Positions 24,785-37,506 of a stretch of 64,000 bases of DNA are shown one piece after another. The position numbers were made by a program, and so were the translations under genes. The notes beneath the pieces are model-generated. The model was not told the DNA's origin, made no database searches, and saw nothing but the letters and a program-made list of their open reading frames with translations. The stretch comes from Adineta vaga (lineage: Eukaryota > Animalia > Rotifera): contig CP075492.1 of NCBI GenBank assembly GCA_021613535.1, positions 2,542,001 to 2,606,000 of the forward strand, in the 5' to 3' direction. Every line of letters starts with the position of its first letter. The stretch's first letter is position 1.

Positions 24785-26077
24785 TAGCTCGTTGTTATTG
24801 TTGCCTAACATACTTCAATCTTTTAGGTCAATGATACTCGACAATAATCTTCTTCAGCGAATCAAACTTATAAAACACCATCTAACTGATTATTGAAGTT
24901 GCTGTCGAACGCATTTTTTTGTATTCACCTTATTTAATCATTTGAAGCCATCTTGAGGGTAAGAGTGTGAATCTTGATTTCATCCACGTTCGTCCTCTAG
25001 AGGTGTTGCAAAAGATAAAGATCATATTTATGTTCCGTTAAATCATTTAGATGTGAACCTAATAGATGAATGTCTATCAGAAATAGTTGATATAGTATAA
25101 ACTGATATTGTTGTTACGAAACAACCAATACTTGTTGTACATATAGTCCATTTTAATATAGGAGGTATTTCAACAAATTATTGCAGTAGAAAATAAACTT
25201 GCAGAGATATTCTGTAAATTTCGATTAGTAAACAGAAGAACTTCGTTTAAACATGCAGATGCATGCTGCGTAATATTCTTCTCGCTTATTTAACATCGAA
25301 TAGACAAATACTATTATTCCGATTTAGAGAAAAATTCAATTTTTAATCAATACTTTCAAAATCTCATGTTTGTTAAAAGAAAACAAAAAATTTTCTTATA
25401 ACTCTTCATTCACAGTGAAAACTTTGATTAAAAGACCCATTTTAATCAAGAGTTTTTGTCCATTGGGATTAAATAGTAAATCGCCATTCACTGAACTTCC
25501 TGCTATTGCAACTAGAAAACCTTTGGAAATAAAAAATTATTGGATTTGTAATTGCACCCCAATAATCCATATGATGATCCAATCGAAAACACAAGATATT
25601 ACATGAACCAAATACAACACAACCTAAGATAATGGTACCAAGTATTGCTTTTTTATTAAAATATCGATCAGTAATAAACATATTTATTAATGTTCTTATC
25701 GTTGAACCTATACCAATACCACAGAAAAATAATGTCCACATAATTTTATAGAAAAGATCTTTAAAAACAGAGAAATATGAATTCAGCACTCATAGATGAC
25801 ATAATGAATAATTTCATCAGCATTAGTTATTAATGGTATTTCCTTCCATAAAGTTATAAAGTTTATTACAATACGTGTACTGTGAGATTAAATACGAAAT
25901 AAATCTACACCAAGAAACAATGAAATACCAATCATTATAAAAGACATAATATCCTCTTATAGATAAAAGTCAGAGAAATATATACATATATCTTTAATAG
26001 ATGTCTTTATCATATCATATCAATAATTATGAAACAATCGTCCTGACAATATTCGTCATCTATTTTCGTTTTTAAGT

Positions 26078-26497
26078 TTATTTGTCAATTGGTGGTTGTT
26101 GTAATGGTTTGATAAGGATGTGAGCGAGTAGTCCAAATGGAATACCGATCAATGTTGATCCAATAAGAAGAACTGTTAGACCATCAGCAATTGAAAATAA
26201 AAATGTAAATTTATCGACTCGATTTTGAGTTTGTGAATGACAAAGACGATATGCTTGATCCCATATTTTATATTCATTATATTGTTCTTTAGATAATTTT
26301 GCATGCATTAAAGCAACATTTAGAATAACACCAGCTCCAGCACCATAAATTGTTGCCGTTCCTACACGGCTAAGAATTGCAATATAAGTGAAGGATTCTT
26401 TTTTGATTTATACAATTGATATGGCAATGCTGTTATTAATGTGACTGTAGATCCTAATAATTGAAAACCTTCGTAAATACAATATAAAGTTAATTCA
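26078..26497 (-). pseudogene. DUF1757-like membrane protein, 5'-truncated and frameshifted
   Basis: PELTLYCIYEGFQLLG..., a 1-bp slip in an A-run near 26400, then ILSRVGTATIYGAGAG...IWDQAYRLCHSQTQNRVDKF. Family call from memory of motifs. Confidence 0.5.
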
Positions 26498-26540
26498 GGA
26501 TGTGGGTTAAGAGTATAGCCCGACTCACACCCACACCCTT
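26498..26540. repeat. GGGTGT palindromic element, spacer type A (reverse orientation)
   Basis: ggatgtgggt-taagagtatagcccga-ctcacacccacaccctt. Confidence 0.8.
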
Positions 26541-26842
26541 TACCATCAAGCCATATAATCCATTTAGCTAATGGAAACATTCGTTGTCCAAGAGTTTTCA
26601 ATGTTTCTGTTGTCTTTGCAGCAGCAGTGGATGGTATAATAGCTCGAATTGTCTGTTTATCGAGTAAAGCAACAAAGCAAAATGATGGTAAAACTGTGCC
26701 TTGTACTTCAGGTAAATGATCATAACAATTTGTGATAACTGTGAAAATTATAACTTGACGTTTCTTCATTGCGACTATATCGTTGTCTAACTTTATCGAA
26801 TATTGATGGAATTGCAAAGCTACATTTAAGTGGCTTTTTATT
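26541..26842 (-). pseudogene. Internal fragment of a DUF616 (TOD1/MUCI70 glycosyltransferase-like) gene
   Basis: VIIFTVITNCYDHLPEV...FCFVALLD...LKTLGQRMFPLAKWIIWLDGK; both ends bounded by palindromic elements. Confidence 0.6.
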
Positions 26843-26913
26843 AGGGTGTGGGTGTGGGTCAGGCTATACTCTTAACCAACACCTACACCATGACCCACAT
26901 CCACACCCTCAAG
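26843..26913. repeat. GGGTGT palindromic element, spacer type A
   Basis: agggtgtgggtgtggg-tcaggctatactcttaacc-aacacctacaccatgacccacatccacaccctcaag. Confidence 0.85.
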
Positions 26914-27107
26914 GAGAGAAAATTTTTCAAACTATTCTCACAATCAATCAAACTTGAGTGAATTAAATCTTCTGAATAGATAATTTTTAATCTCGTAGAT
27001 GAATTAGAAATACTTTGTATGATTTTTATCACATTTTGAGTGTGTTCATATAAATATGATTTGAGAAAATCTTTCTCTTTCATTGAATCTAATTGTTCAT
27101 ATAAAAG

Positions 27108-27165
27108 CTTGAGGGTGTGGGTGAAGATACAGTAAAAACCGAACTCACCCACATCCTCAAGATGC
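27108..27165. repeat. GGGTGT palindromic element, spacer type B
   Basis: cttgagggtgtgggtg-aagatacagtaaaaaccgaact-cacccacatcctcaagatgc. Confidence 0.85.
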
Positions 27166-27793
27166 GAATAATGTGCTATGTAAGTGTAACATCTATTCGA
27201 AATACACGTTTAGAAAGTAATATATCATAGTTCTTAAGATAAAAAATATTTTATTCTGTTCTGCAAGAAATGCATATGTAGAAAAGAAAAAACGTGTAAT
27301 ACAAAAGAATGTGTCATCGATGATTCATATTTAAAGCAAGTAAGAATGTCTACATTTTTTTTCATCGTTCTACCGTTCTTAGAGCAAACAGCATTGTGAC
27401 GATTTTTGATGGAAGAGATGTATATCCTGATGAAATCATGTCATTCTTTATTTCTTCCTAACATTAATCGCATCTTTTACATACAAAAACACAAGCTTAT
27501 ATACTTGCAACCAAAAGAAAGAGAACGAGGAAGGAAATTCATGAGAGAGAGAGATAAGAGAAAGAGAACAGCCAAAGAAAATGGATAGAACGATATCATC
27601 ATAGATATCGTTACAAGCATGCTTCGAATTATTCTATTATGGAGAAAATAAATATCAGTGGGTAAAAACCCTATAGAGTATTTTATAAAAATTCTATTTT
27701 TCAAACATTGAGAAAAAAAGGTAACAGTAATTTAGACGAATATTTTAAATTTGTTTGAAAAAGAATAGGTGTTGATAGAATATCAAAAAGTAA

Positions 27794-30700
27794 ATGTCTT
27801 CGTCTGATAGTGATGATACCAATGAAGCTGATAATTTGGATGATGATATACATGAAAATGGTTTTGATGGTACGGTGGATGTGAATGAAACAAGTCATTT
27901 AACGTCGTTATACAATTCCTTAATATCTTCTGACACAACTCCTATTATTGATGGATCTCCATCAATTCGATCTGCTTTTAAAGCGTCATCTCGTCTGTCT
28001 TCCAATCAAACAATAATCTCATCAATCTTTGGTGATTCAATTCATTCATATATTGAAGCTACATCATTATTTCAATCAAATGAAACACTTTCACCATATT
28101 ATTTATCGTTGAATTCAACAAATGACCAGTCACAATTGAACTCCGTTGAAGCAGCAAAATTATTTGTTGGAAACATTGCTTATGCAGCTAATGCTAAAGA
28201 ACTAAAAGAATTTTTTATAGGACTTGGTTTTAATGTTGTTCATCTTGATCTTCTTGTCAATCCAGGAAACGTAAATTTTCTTTTCTTATGATAACATTTT
28301 GTTTTTCTTCTGTATTTCAATATAGACAGGTCATCGTGGCATTGCATTTGTTCGATTCGGCTCCGCAGACATTGCTCAAAATGTACAATATCAATTTGGA
28401 AAAACTCCAAACCGATTTAAATTTCGAAGTCGTCAATTAAAAATAGGTAATTGCAGAAAATCTCAGCCACAATCAAAAATCAGTGTTGCTGATCAAAAAA
28501 GTAATGTTCTCAGTTTCAATATTGGACAAGTTCTTTATGGTACATTAATAAAGGGAACAACAATGAATAATATCACTGGTGTTAATAGTGCTATTGAATT
28601 TGGTTTGATTGCAAATTCACTTGTTAATAATGAGGAAAATATGCGCATACGTTTACAAATTGATGAACAAGAAAGAAAATTTTCAATCATTGTTTCATAT
28701 GGCGAAGCTTTATCACGCCATCTCACATTCGAATGGGCTTTTAGCGCGTAAGAATTTTTTGTTTCCTACTAGAAATTTATTTTCATAACTTTCTCTACTT
28801 TTAGTTTGAAAGGAGAAAAGATTAGTCCAATTTTAATCAATGATTCAAGTGTTAGTTTACTAATTGAATTAAAACGACCACCTGTTATCATTCACTCTTA
28901 TTCCAATAATCAAAATGATGAAAAAATCGATCTACGTATGCCCGGAACTCCACTTATTGGACATGCCAATGCATGGGTTTTTCAATTGAACAGTCAAAAA
29001 TTTACAGATGATTACAGCAGATTGTTCCATATTCTTCGTCTTCATAATTTATCATCACGTCGATTTATCGAACGAAATATTTGGTATTTGATATATCCAA
29101 TACGAACTGCTCGAGAATATCTTCGACATGTTCAAATACTATCGAATAATGAATGGATTAAAGATAATCGTGAAATAGTTAATCGTTTTCTTAATAATCG
29201 ATGGCCTCAATATCCATTTGAAACAAAATTTGAACTAATGAAATTACTTTCTAAACATATAATTACCATTCATGATTTAATTATTGATGAAAATCTTGAT
29301 AAAATCTTAGCTCAATGTTCATTAAATACATTTATTGCATGTGTCAGTAAGTCTTCAGATAATATTTGTATATGAAAAAACTAGTATTTTCTATTATTAA
29401 GATAAAATCATCGAATTTGCTCATCATTCGCTTTATAGTATTTGTGATGACAATGAAGAAGACGAAGAAGAACAATCCTCATCAACAACAACAACAGAAA
29501 ATTTACCAATGGAAGAGGATCCTCCATCTCACATTATTTCATTAGCAACTGGTACATTGATCAATGTGATAAATACAGAACCCATATCTTTAACAACCAC
29601 ACTGATTCGATCAGTTCAAAAGAATGAACTTGGTTATCTTAGTCGTTTTCTTCTGATTGCACTTGATCAGTTACGAAATAAATACGAATTACGTCGAAAT
29701 ATTGATGATAGAATCTATGTAACTAAACATGAATTACATCCAGTTAATGTCAATTCATTTCTTATTCGAAAAGTATATATAACACCATGTACTATTTTCT
29801 ATGAAGGACCATATTATGAAGAAAGATGTCCTGTTACTCGACGTTTTGAACAACAACAAGATGGATTTTTACGCGTTAGTTTTCGTGATGAAGGTAAGTG
29901 ATGAATTTTTATTCGAAATCTAAGACTTTTCTTTGTAGATTATCGAAAATTACAGTATACAAATGCTGAAATGAGTCAATTGTATGATCGTATGAAAGCG
30001 ATATTGATCAATGGAGTTAATGTGTGTGATCGACGTTATAATTTTCTTGCTTTTTCAAGTTCACAACTGAGAGAACATTGTTGTTGGATGTTTTCTTCGA
30101 TGAACAATGTTTCAGTTGAGACTATTCGTAATTGGATGGGTGATTTTCGAAATATTCATCCAGTTGCTAAGATGGCAGCGCGGGTAAATATTTCTTATTG
30201 AATTTTCATTGAAAATCTTAATTCTTTTAGTTGGGTCAATCATTTTCAACTTCAAAAAAAGGTCTCGAACTTACAAATCAAGAGTATCGAAAAATCTCGG
30301 ATGTATATGTGAATGGAGTATGCTTTACTGATGGTATTGGTATCATTGCACCATGGTTGATTAAAAAGTTATATGAAAAATTAGGTATTGGAGAGAATTC
30401 TTATCATCCTTGTGCTTTTCAAATACGTTTTGGTGGTTATAAAGGAATGGTATGTTTGGATGTGGCAAATCGTATTTCTGAACCTGATGTTGGATTGTAT
30501 CTTCGTGACTCAATGAATAAATTTGATTCGAGCAATTATTCGATTGATATTATTCGTGGATCGTCGATGCCATCTGCTGGTTTTTTAAATCGACAGATTA
30601 TTCTTCTATTATCTTGTCTAGGAATTGATGATGAAGTATTTCTTTCAATGCAAGATAAGATGCTGCATGATTTACAAATACTTAAAACAAATCCAAAAGA

Positions 30701-32399
30701 AGCGAGTGATTTTTTGAGAAATATGGGTGGATCAGGTGGAAATGGTTATCATGCATTTTTATTGGAATATTTGAAAAGATTTAATCAATCAAGTGATCCA
30801 TTTGTTCAACAAATTCTTGTTACTCTTCAAGGTTTTTTAGTAAAAGAATTGAGAACTAAAGCACGAATTTTCGTTCCAAATACTTGGTGTTTATTTGGTG
30901 TCATTGATGAAACACGAGATCTTCAATATGGCGAAGTTTTTATTCAAATAGAACAGAAAAATGAATCGGGAAATCTTGTTACAAAAACTCTAACTGGACC
31001 AATTATTGTAACAAGAAATCCATGTTTTCATCCGGGTGATATTCGTCGTTTAATCGCAAAAGATATTCCTGCTTTACGTCAATTAAAAAATGTTATTGTG
31101 TTTCCAATCAATGATAAACAATCTCATCCAGCAGAAATGTCCGGCGGAGATCTTGATGGAGATACTTTTTGGATTTCTCAGGATGAAAGATTATTATTCA
31201 CAATGGACGAAAAACCATTTGATTATCATGATCAAGCCGCGGAAGATGCAAAACAAATTGAAATTGATAAAACAGCTGTTTATGGAATTAATGATGTGTG
31301 TTATTTCTTTGTTGAATATATCGAAGCAGACAAGTAAGTTGTGCAAATTTTATCAAATTATCATTCAAAGATTGTGTATATTTAGTCTTGGTGTAATTGC
31401 GGTTAGTCATATGGCCTTTGCTGATCTATCTCCACTTCGAGCAAGAGCATCCGAATGTCTGACATTAGCTCGAATGCACAGGTATAGAATGTTTATCATT
31501 TGTATAAATTCGAATAATTCTTAAAATTTTCCATTAGTACGGCTGTTGATTTCGCTAAAAATGGTGTTAAAGCACCACGTATTACGAAAAATCTTCGCCC
31601 TCCAAAATATCCTCATTATATGGAAAATAGATATAAAGAAAATTATCATTCAAACACTATTCTTGGTCAATTATATGATGATGTTAAACAATTTGAAGAA
31701 CATTTACATTCAACTCAAGAAAAGAATGTTCTTAATCAATTTAGTTTTCCTTATGATATATTGATGATAAATGGATTAGATGTTTATACAAAATCAGCAT
31801 CAGCAACAAAGAATGCATATGATTTAGAATTGAAACAAATTATGCGACAATATGGAATTCAAAATGAAGCAGAACTTGTTTCAGGATATATTTTAAAATT
31901 TACTTCAAAACAATATGTTAAACAATCAAAATTATTTGATTTAAGAAATGAAATAAGTTATGCTGTTAAAGTTATACAAGATAAGTAAGTAGAAATATAT
32001 TATTGAATTGTTGTATAATATAGTCTCTTTTGTATTAGATACTTGCACATTTTTTATGAGGAACTTTATCAACATGCGTTTGATAAAGGACAATTAAATG
32101 AAGATTTTCAATGGTCAGATGTATTTAAAAAATTAAATTGGAAAAATCAATTCAATCTATTCGAATATTATAATAAGGATCAAATAACAAATGAAAATGA
32201 AATTATGAAGAAAGCATCAGCATGGTTTTATGTTACTTATAAATGGTTTATTGATCAAATTGAATCGAGTAAAAAGAGCAAAAAACGACATCGAAAACGT
32301 CAAAAACCAAATGAAAATAATCAACAACCAAGTTTTTTCAGTTTTGCTTGGATTGTTTATCCGGTCATAATGGAAATTTATGATAATAACAAACAATAA
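27794..32399 (+). CDS. Cellular RNA-dependent RNA polymerase (RNAi RdRP) with N-terminal RRM; 9 exons (27794-28270, 28326-28747, 28805-29346, 29402-29893, 29939-30183, 30231-31333, 31386-31481, 31538-31984, 32039-32399), ~1394 aa
   Basis: RNP2 KLFVGNI and RNP1 RGIAFVRF; FLRVSFRDE, FLAFSSSQLRE, KMAARLGQSFS, CFTDGIG, AFQIRFGGYKGM, VTRNPCFHPGD, catalytic SGGDLDGD, AVDFAKNG. All 8 GT-AG introns keep frame. Confidence 0.95.
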
Positions 32400-32808
32400 A
32401 ATCATATCTGACACACTTGTTATAATCACGAATAAATAAAACATTCATTTCGAAAGAAGTGTATTGTGTTTATCTATGTCGCGAATCTTGTGAATTAAAC
32501 TTTCGTTTCATCTTGAAAATGAACGTAGGTTTAGATGTTTCTCTTTTATTACTTATAGAAAAGCCTATATGTCCATTCACATTCTTAAAAAAGAAATTCT
32601 TTATCACTTTACTGATAAATTATCGTCATATGAGTTTTTTTCACTCTCTTATGAAAACATGACGAAGAAATTGTTTTTGTTGCTTTCTCTCGTATTTTTC
32701 TTCCTATTATACTTGTTATCAGATGTTTAACTTGGAATAAACCAACATAATATTCGTGATATAAAATCTTGAAAGCTAAAGAAACGTTGTTATACATCAT
32801 ATTTTATA

Positions 32809-35800
32809 ATGACGATACCAACAATTGTGACCATCTGGTTAGATCAAATGTCTACTACTACTGCTGTTACTGTCGCTCCGACAATTCATCTTTCTCTATG
32901 TAAGATTGATCCTTACTTAATGAGATTTCGTAATTCTGATCGATGTTTCGATTATATTACTCATATCAATGAAAATGATACACAAGTCATTCTCATAATT
33001 TCTTGTGATAATACAAATTATTTATCTTATTCGTTCTTAAAACAATGTGAGAAAACTTTACAAATTTCTTTGGTTTATATTTTATCATCGACAAAAAGTA
33101 CAAACATTTCGAACGAAGTCTTTCTGAATACAATTAAAATACGTGGTCCCTATACAGATATATCTGAACTATGTGATCAGCTGAAACAGCTGCCCTACAT
33201 AAAAAAGCAGTGTACACAGAGAAAGGAGAGTTATCACCAGACCTTTTGGCATGACTATCTACCTGCAATGACTTCTACTAAAAACCAATGTTCATCACCA
33301 ATCATAGACAATACAGTTGTACGTCAAGAAGCTGATTTTATGTATTGTTCACTTTTGAGAGAAATTTTACTTCGAATTGATTCTACAGAAGAAGAGATAA
33401 CTACATTTTGTAGGCAACAATGTGCTGGTAATGAAAGAGATCTCATTGTTATTGAAGAGTTTGAAACTTTCTACGAAGCACATAATGCAGTTTTCTGGTT
33501 TACAAGAGATACATTTCTCTTCCGTATATTAAATAAAGCATTAAGAGAATTGGACATAAGTAGTCTCTATTCATTGAGATATTTTATCAAAGATGTGCAT
33601 TTACAATTGGAAAATTTACATTTCAAACAATTAGTATCATCACCGCTAACTACCAATACCACATCAGATCAAGCTCTACCGGGTAAAGTGTATCGAGGAC
33701 AATTGATGAGCAATAAAGAATTTGACAAGAAAATTCGACATAATTCAGGCGGCTTTTTCTCAGTAAGTTCTTTTTTCTCGACAACACCGCATAAAAACTT
33801 AGCTACTATATATGCTGGTGATGGTAGCAAAGCAGATCATTCTCAGAGTGTTTTATTTGAGATTCAAATTGATCAGAATGTTAACAAGTTTCCCTATGCT
33901 GATATCTCTGAAAAAAGTATGTATGAAACTACTGAAAATGAAATTCTTTTCACCATGGGAGCTATATTTCGGATATTATCAATAAATTTTGATACTGAAA
34001 CGAAGGTTTGGTATGTAAATTTAAAACTTACTGGTGACGAAGATGAAGAACTAAGAATTTTAAGTGAACATTTAAAAGATGATGTTATCCATTCATCTTA
34101 TCCAATGGCTAGTCTTGCAAAATTGATGGTAAGAATGGGCCAGTTTACAAAAGCTGAACAACACTTTCTCGCAATGCTCGAAGATTCTGATTTTATTAGT
34201 GAATTTAGAAATTACGCTTACATCTACAATAACCTTGGCTTGATTTATATGTATTTGAATGAGAAAGAAAAGGCAAATACACACCTTCAAAAATCAGTTG
34301 ACATTTTGCTTGAACATTTGTCTGAAACAGATCCACTTATGGGACCAATATACAATAATTTGGGTGAGAACGGTCGTGAACAAGGCGACTTTGAAAAAGC
34401 TCTTGATTATTATGCGAAAGCACTGAATACTTATCAGTTGATAGATGATATATCGCAGCAGAACGAAATCGGAATTATTCATAATAATATTGGATTGGTA
34501 TATGCAGCACAACATCGGTATTCTGAAGCATTTGAAAGTTATCAGAAATCATTGACTATTCGAGACAAAATCCTTCCCTCAAATCATCCGGACTTAATGA
34601 TGACATACAATAACATTGCTGTTGCCCTTTATGAGCTTAATGATTATGTTAAGGCAACGGAATATTACTCTAAAGTACTTTTTATACAACAATATTCACT
34701 TCCGCATGATCATCCTGACTTTGGAAGAACGTATAATAATTTAGGTACCACTTGTCACAAAGAGGGAAAATTTAGCGAAGCAATAGAATGGTATGAAAAA
34801 TCTTTTGAAAATTTGTTACAATTTTTACCCAGTGACCATCCTGACATTGCACGATATTACAATAATATTGCAACTGTATACTTAGATTCTGGTGAATATA
34901 CCCTCGCAGCTGAATCATATAACAAAGCACTTGAAATACGAAAACAATTTCTTTTGCCAACTCATCCTGATTTAGCAATAACTTATCATAATTTAGGTTC
35001 AACATATAGCGAAGAAGATAAATTCGAAGAAGCATTAGAAATGTATGAGAAAGCTGTAAATATCTGGATGAACGATTCAACCAACAATAAAAATGCACTT
35101 GCAAACACTTTTTATGGCATATCATCATTATATAATCAACGAGATAAATATGATAAGCAAATAGAATTTCTAAACAAAGCTCTGAAGATACAACTTAACG
35201 CACAACCATTTGATTATGCAAGGGTTACCAAAATGTATGACACTTTAGGTTGTACATTTATGAACCAAAATAAGTTCAAAGAAGCATTTGATACATATAA
35301 AAACTCTTTAGATATTCGATTAAATATCCTTTCTTTGGATCATCCTGATAATGCAAGATCATGCAATCATCTTGCGCAAGCTTGCAGTGGATTAGGAAAT
35401 CATTCTGAAGCTCTTCAATACTTAGACAAGGCATTGTCTATACAGTTAAAACTACTACCATGTAGTAATGCAGATTTATCCGATACTTACAACACTTTCG
35501 GTCTTGTCTATTATCGACAAGAAGAATTCCAGAAAGCATTAAATATGTACGAAAAATCTTTCGATATCAAATTACAAGTTTTGCCCAGTAGTGATAGATC
35601 ATTTATAGCATTATATGATAATTTCGCATCCTTATACGATTCTCTTGGCGATCAGAATAAACATACACAATATCTCAAGAAAATGCTCCAGATACAAACA
35701 GAATTTTTTTCATCAGGACATCCAACATTTGCCAATACATACCATAGATTAGGTGTTGCACATTACAAACAAAAGAAATTCAAAGATGCATTAGACTGGT

Positions 35801-36690
35801 ATTTCAAAGCTTTGCATTTACAGCAAGAAGTGCTTCCACATGTTCATCTTGACATTGCAACGACTTATAATAATCTTGCATTAGTGTGCATTGAAGGAAA
35901 TGATTTTGAAAAAGCAATTGCTGGTCTTGAGAAAGCTCTTGAGATACGACTAAAGTTACTACCAAAAGATCATCCTCTTCTACATAAGACTTACGGTAAT
36001 TTAGCTGTTACATACCGACATCAGAAAAATTACGAAAAAGCAGAAGATGCATTTCAGAAATGTATCAATATTCAACTAAAACAAAATTCACTAAATCACA
36101 GTAAAATAGCTGACAGCTACAATGGTTTATCACAAGTTTATCATGAACAAGGACATGTTGATGCTTCAATAAAATGTCTTGAAAAAGCTTTAGATATACA
36201 CAAAAAGTCTCCCTTGCCGAACGCTGAAATATTATCGATGACTTACAATAGATTAGGAGCAGCATTTTATTTGCAATCAAAATTTGATAATTCATTAGAA
36301 ATGTTTAAGAAAAGTTACGAAGTCGATTTAAAACTAAATTCATCGAATCATATAGAACTTCTTCCATCTCTGAACAATATTTTGCACGTTTATTGTGTAC
36401 TAGGTGATTACGACAAAGCTATTGATTGTCTTAATGAAATTCTCAACGTTCATCTTCATTCACTTCCAACAGATCATCCAAATTTTACTACAATTTACTT
36501 CAAACTTATGGAACTGTTCTTCAGGCAAAGAAAGCTCAAAGAAGCACTTTATTATGCACGAAAGAAATATACTACAGATCTAAAAAATTTATCGCCTGAT
36601 CATTATCAAATAAAAAAAAATGTGAATACAATTGCCATATTGGAAATTCTCTTGTGGTATGAGCTTCAAAGAAATAATTTAAAGTCATAA
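32809..36690 (+). CDS. ADP-ribosyltransferase (R-S-E type) domain fused to ~19-20 TPR repeats, intronless
   Basis: AVFWFTRDTFLFRILNKALR, VYRGQ, FFSTT, ENEILF, then 42-aa TPR units (HPD.A.TYNNLG..Y...G....A). Confidence 0.9.
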   Translation: MTIPTIVTIWLDQMSTTTAVTVAPTIHLSLCKIDPYLMRFRNSDRCFDYITHINENDTQVILIISCDNTNYLSYSFLKQCEKTLQISLVYILSSTKSTNISNEVFLNTIKIRGPYTDISELCDQLKQLPYIKKQCTQRKESYHQTFWHDYLPAMTSTKNQCSSPIIDNTVVRQEADFMYCSLLREILLRIDSTEEEITTFCRQQCAGNERDLIVIEEFETFYEAHNAVFWFTRDTFLFRILNKALRELDISSLYSLRYFIKDVHLQLENLHFKQLVSSPLTTNTTSDQALPGKVYRGQLMSNKEFDKKIRHNSGGFFSVSSFFSTTPHKNLATIYAGDGSKADHSQSVLFEIQIDQNVNKFPYADISEKSMYETTENEILFTMGAIFRILSINFDTETKVWYVNLKLTGDEDEELRILSEHLKDDVIHSSYPMASLAKLMVRMGQFTKAEQHFLAMLEDSDFISEFRNYAYIYNNLGLIYMYLNEKEKANTHLQKSVDILLEHLSETDPLMGPIYNNLGENGREQGDFEKALDYYAKALNTYQLIDDISQQNEIGIIHNNIGLVYAAQHRYSEAFESYQKSLTIRDKILPSNHPDLMMTYNNIAVALYELNDYVKATEYYSKVLFIQQYSLPHDHPDFGRTYNNLGTTCHKEGKFSEAIEWYEKSFENLLQFLPSDHPDIARYYNNIATVYLDSGEYTLAAESYNKALEIRKQFLLPTHPDLAITYHNLGSTYSEEDKFEEALEMYEKAVNIWMNDSTNNKNALANTFYGISSLYNQRDKYDKQIEFLNKALKIQLNAQPFDYARVTKMYDTLGCTFMNQNKFKEAFDTYKNSLDIRLNILSLDHPDNARSCNHLAQACSGLGNHSEALQYLDKALSIQLKLLPCSNADLSDTYNTFGLVYYRQEEFQKALNMYEKSFDIKLQVLPSSDRSFIALYDNFASLYDSLGDQNKHTQYLKKMLQIQTEFFSSGHPTFANTYHRLGVAHYKQKKFKDALDWYFKALHLQQEVLPHVHLDIATTYNNLALVCIEGNDFEKAIAGLEKALEIRLKLLPKDHPLLHKTYGNLAVTYRHQKNYEKAEDAFQKCINIQLKQNSLNHSKIADSYNGLSQVYHEQGHVDASIKCLEKALDIHKKSPLPNAEILSMTYNRLGAAFYLQSKFDNSLEMFKKSYEVDLKLNSSNHIELLPSLNNILHVYCVLGDYDKAIDCLNEILNVHLHSLPTDHPNFTTIYFKLMELFFRQRKLKEALYYARKKYTTDLKNLSPDHYQIKKNVNTIAILEILLWYELQRNNLKS

Positions 36691-36910
36691 AACGTTTCTA
36701 AAAAGAGACATCATATAAAATTCTCATACTCAAGCGATATGCTCATCTACTACAGTAGATATAACATCTCGTTTAGAGGCACATTTTTCCTAAGAAAAGA
36801 CTTGTATCTCCAAAATCCTCGATATGTGATATTATTGAGAAATTGAGATTTCTATCGATTATTTCAAATAAAAAAATCGTTATCCCTTAAAGAATCTTTT
36901 TAAATTCGTC

Positions 36911-36970
36911 TGAGGGTGTGAGTGTGGGTGAGTTCGGTTTTTACTGTATCTACGCCCATACCCACATCCA
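36911..36970. repeat. GGGTGT palindromic element, spacer type B (reverse orientation)
   Basis: 36923-36950 is the exact 28-bp reverse complement of 27126-27153. Confidence 0.85.
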
Positions 36971-37449
36971 TCAAAACCACATTGTGATACATAAAAGCAA
37001 TGATAACCATTTCCAATAATATCTCTAATTTAATGATTAGATTTAATATCATTATAGTAATTCGTTTTTCAATTTCAAGCATAGCTTTCTCTCTTTCATC
37101 CGTACCCACATCCACATCTTTATTCGTTACCATACAGCTTTTGTAACAAAAAATTGGATATTGTCAACAATACAATAGTTTTCTTCGTTAATTGTATTGG
37201 TATTTATGTATGTCGGATTTGTGATAAATCCAATTTTTAGCTGAACTCTATGAATCTCACGATTAAATTTATTTGATACTTTCAGACGTTCGATTTGCAT
37301 TTTACTCTTGATTTCTAAAGAAGGAAACAAAAAAGTGTCGAAGAACTGAGGAAGAAATCAATTTTCGTGATATCGTTTTACCTCGATAGATAGGATCATA
37401 TGTTAAACCATTCATATCGACGAAGATGAGTTGTGTATATCCGTACTGG

Positions 37450-37506
37450 TCTTGAGGGTGTGGAGTGAAGACTAACTAATCATCTACATCCACACCCACC
37501 CTCAAG
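37450..37506. repeat. GGGTGT palindromic element
   Basis: tcttgagggtgtggagtg-aagactaactaatcatct-acatccacacccaccctcaag. Confidence 0.8.

Noticed and set aside
25370-25900. Membrane-protein-like broken ORFs
   Set aside because: Likely another pseudogene fragment, but no supportable identity or gene model.
27794-32399. RdRP as an endogenous RNA virus
   Set aside because: It has the DLDGD cellular RdRP motif, an RRM and eight spliceosomal introns, not a viral GDD palm.
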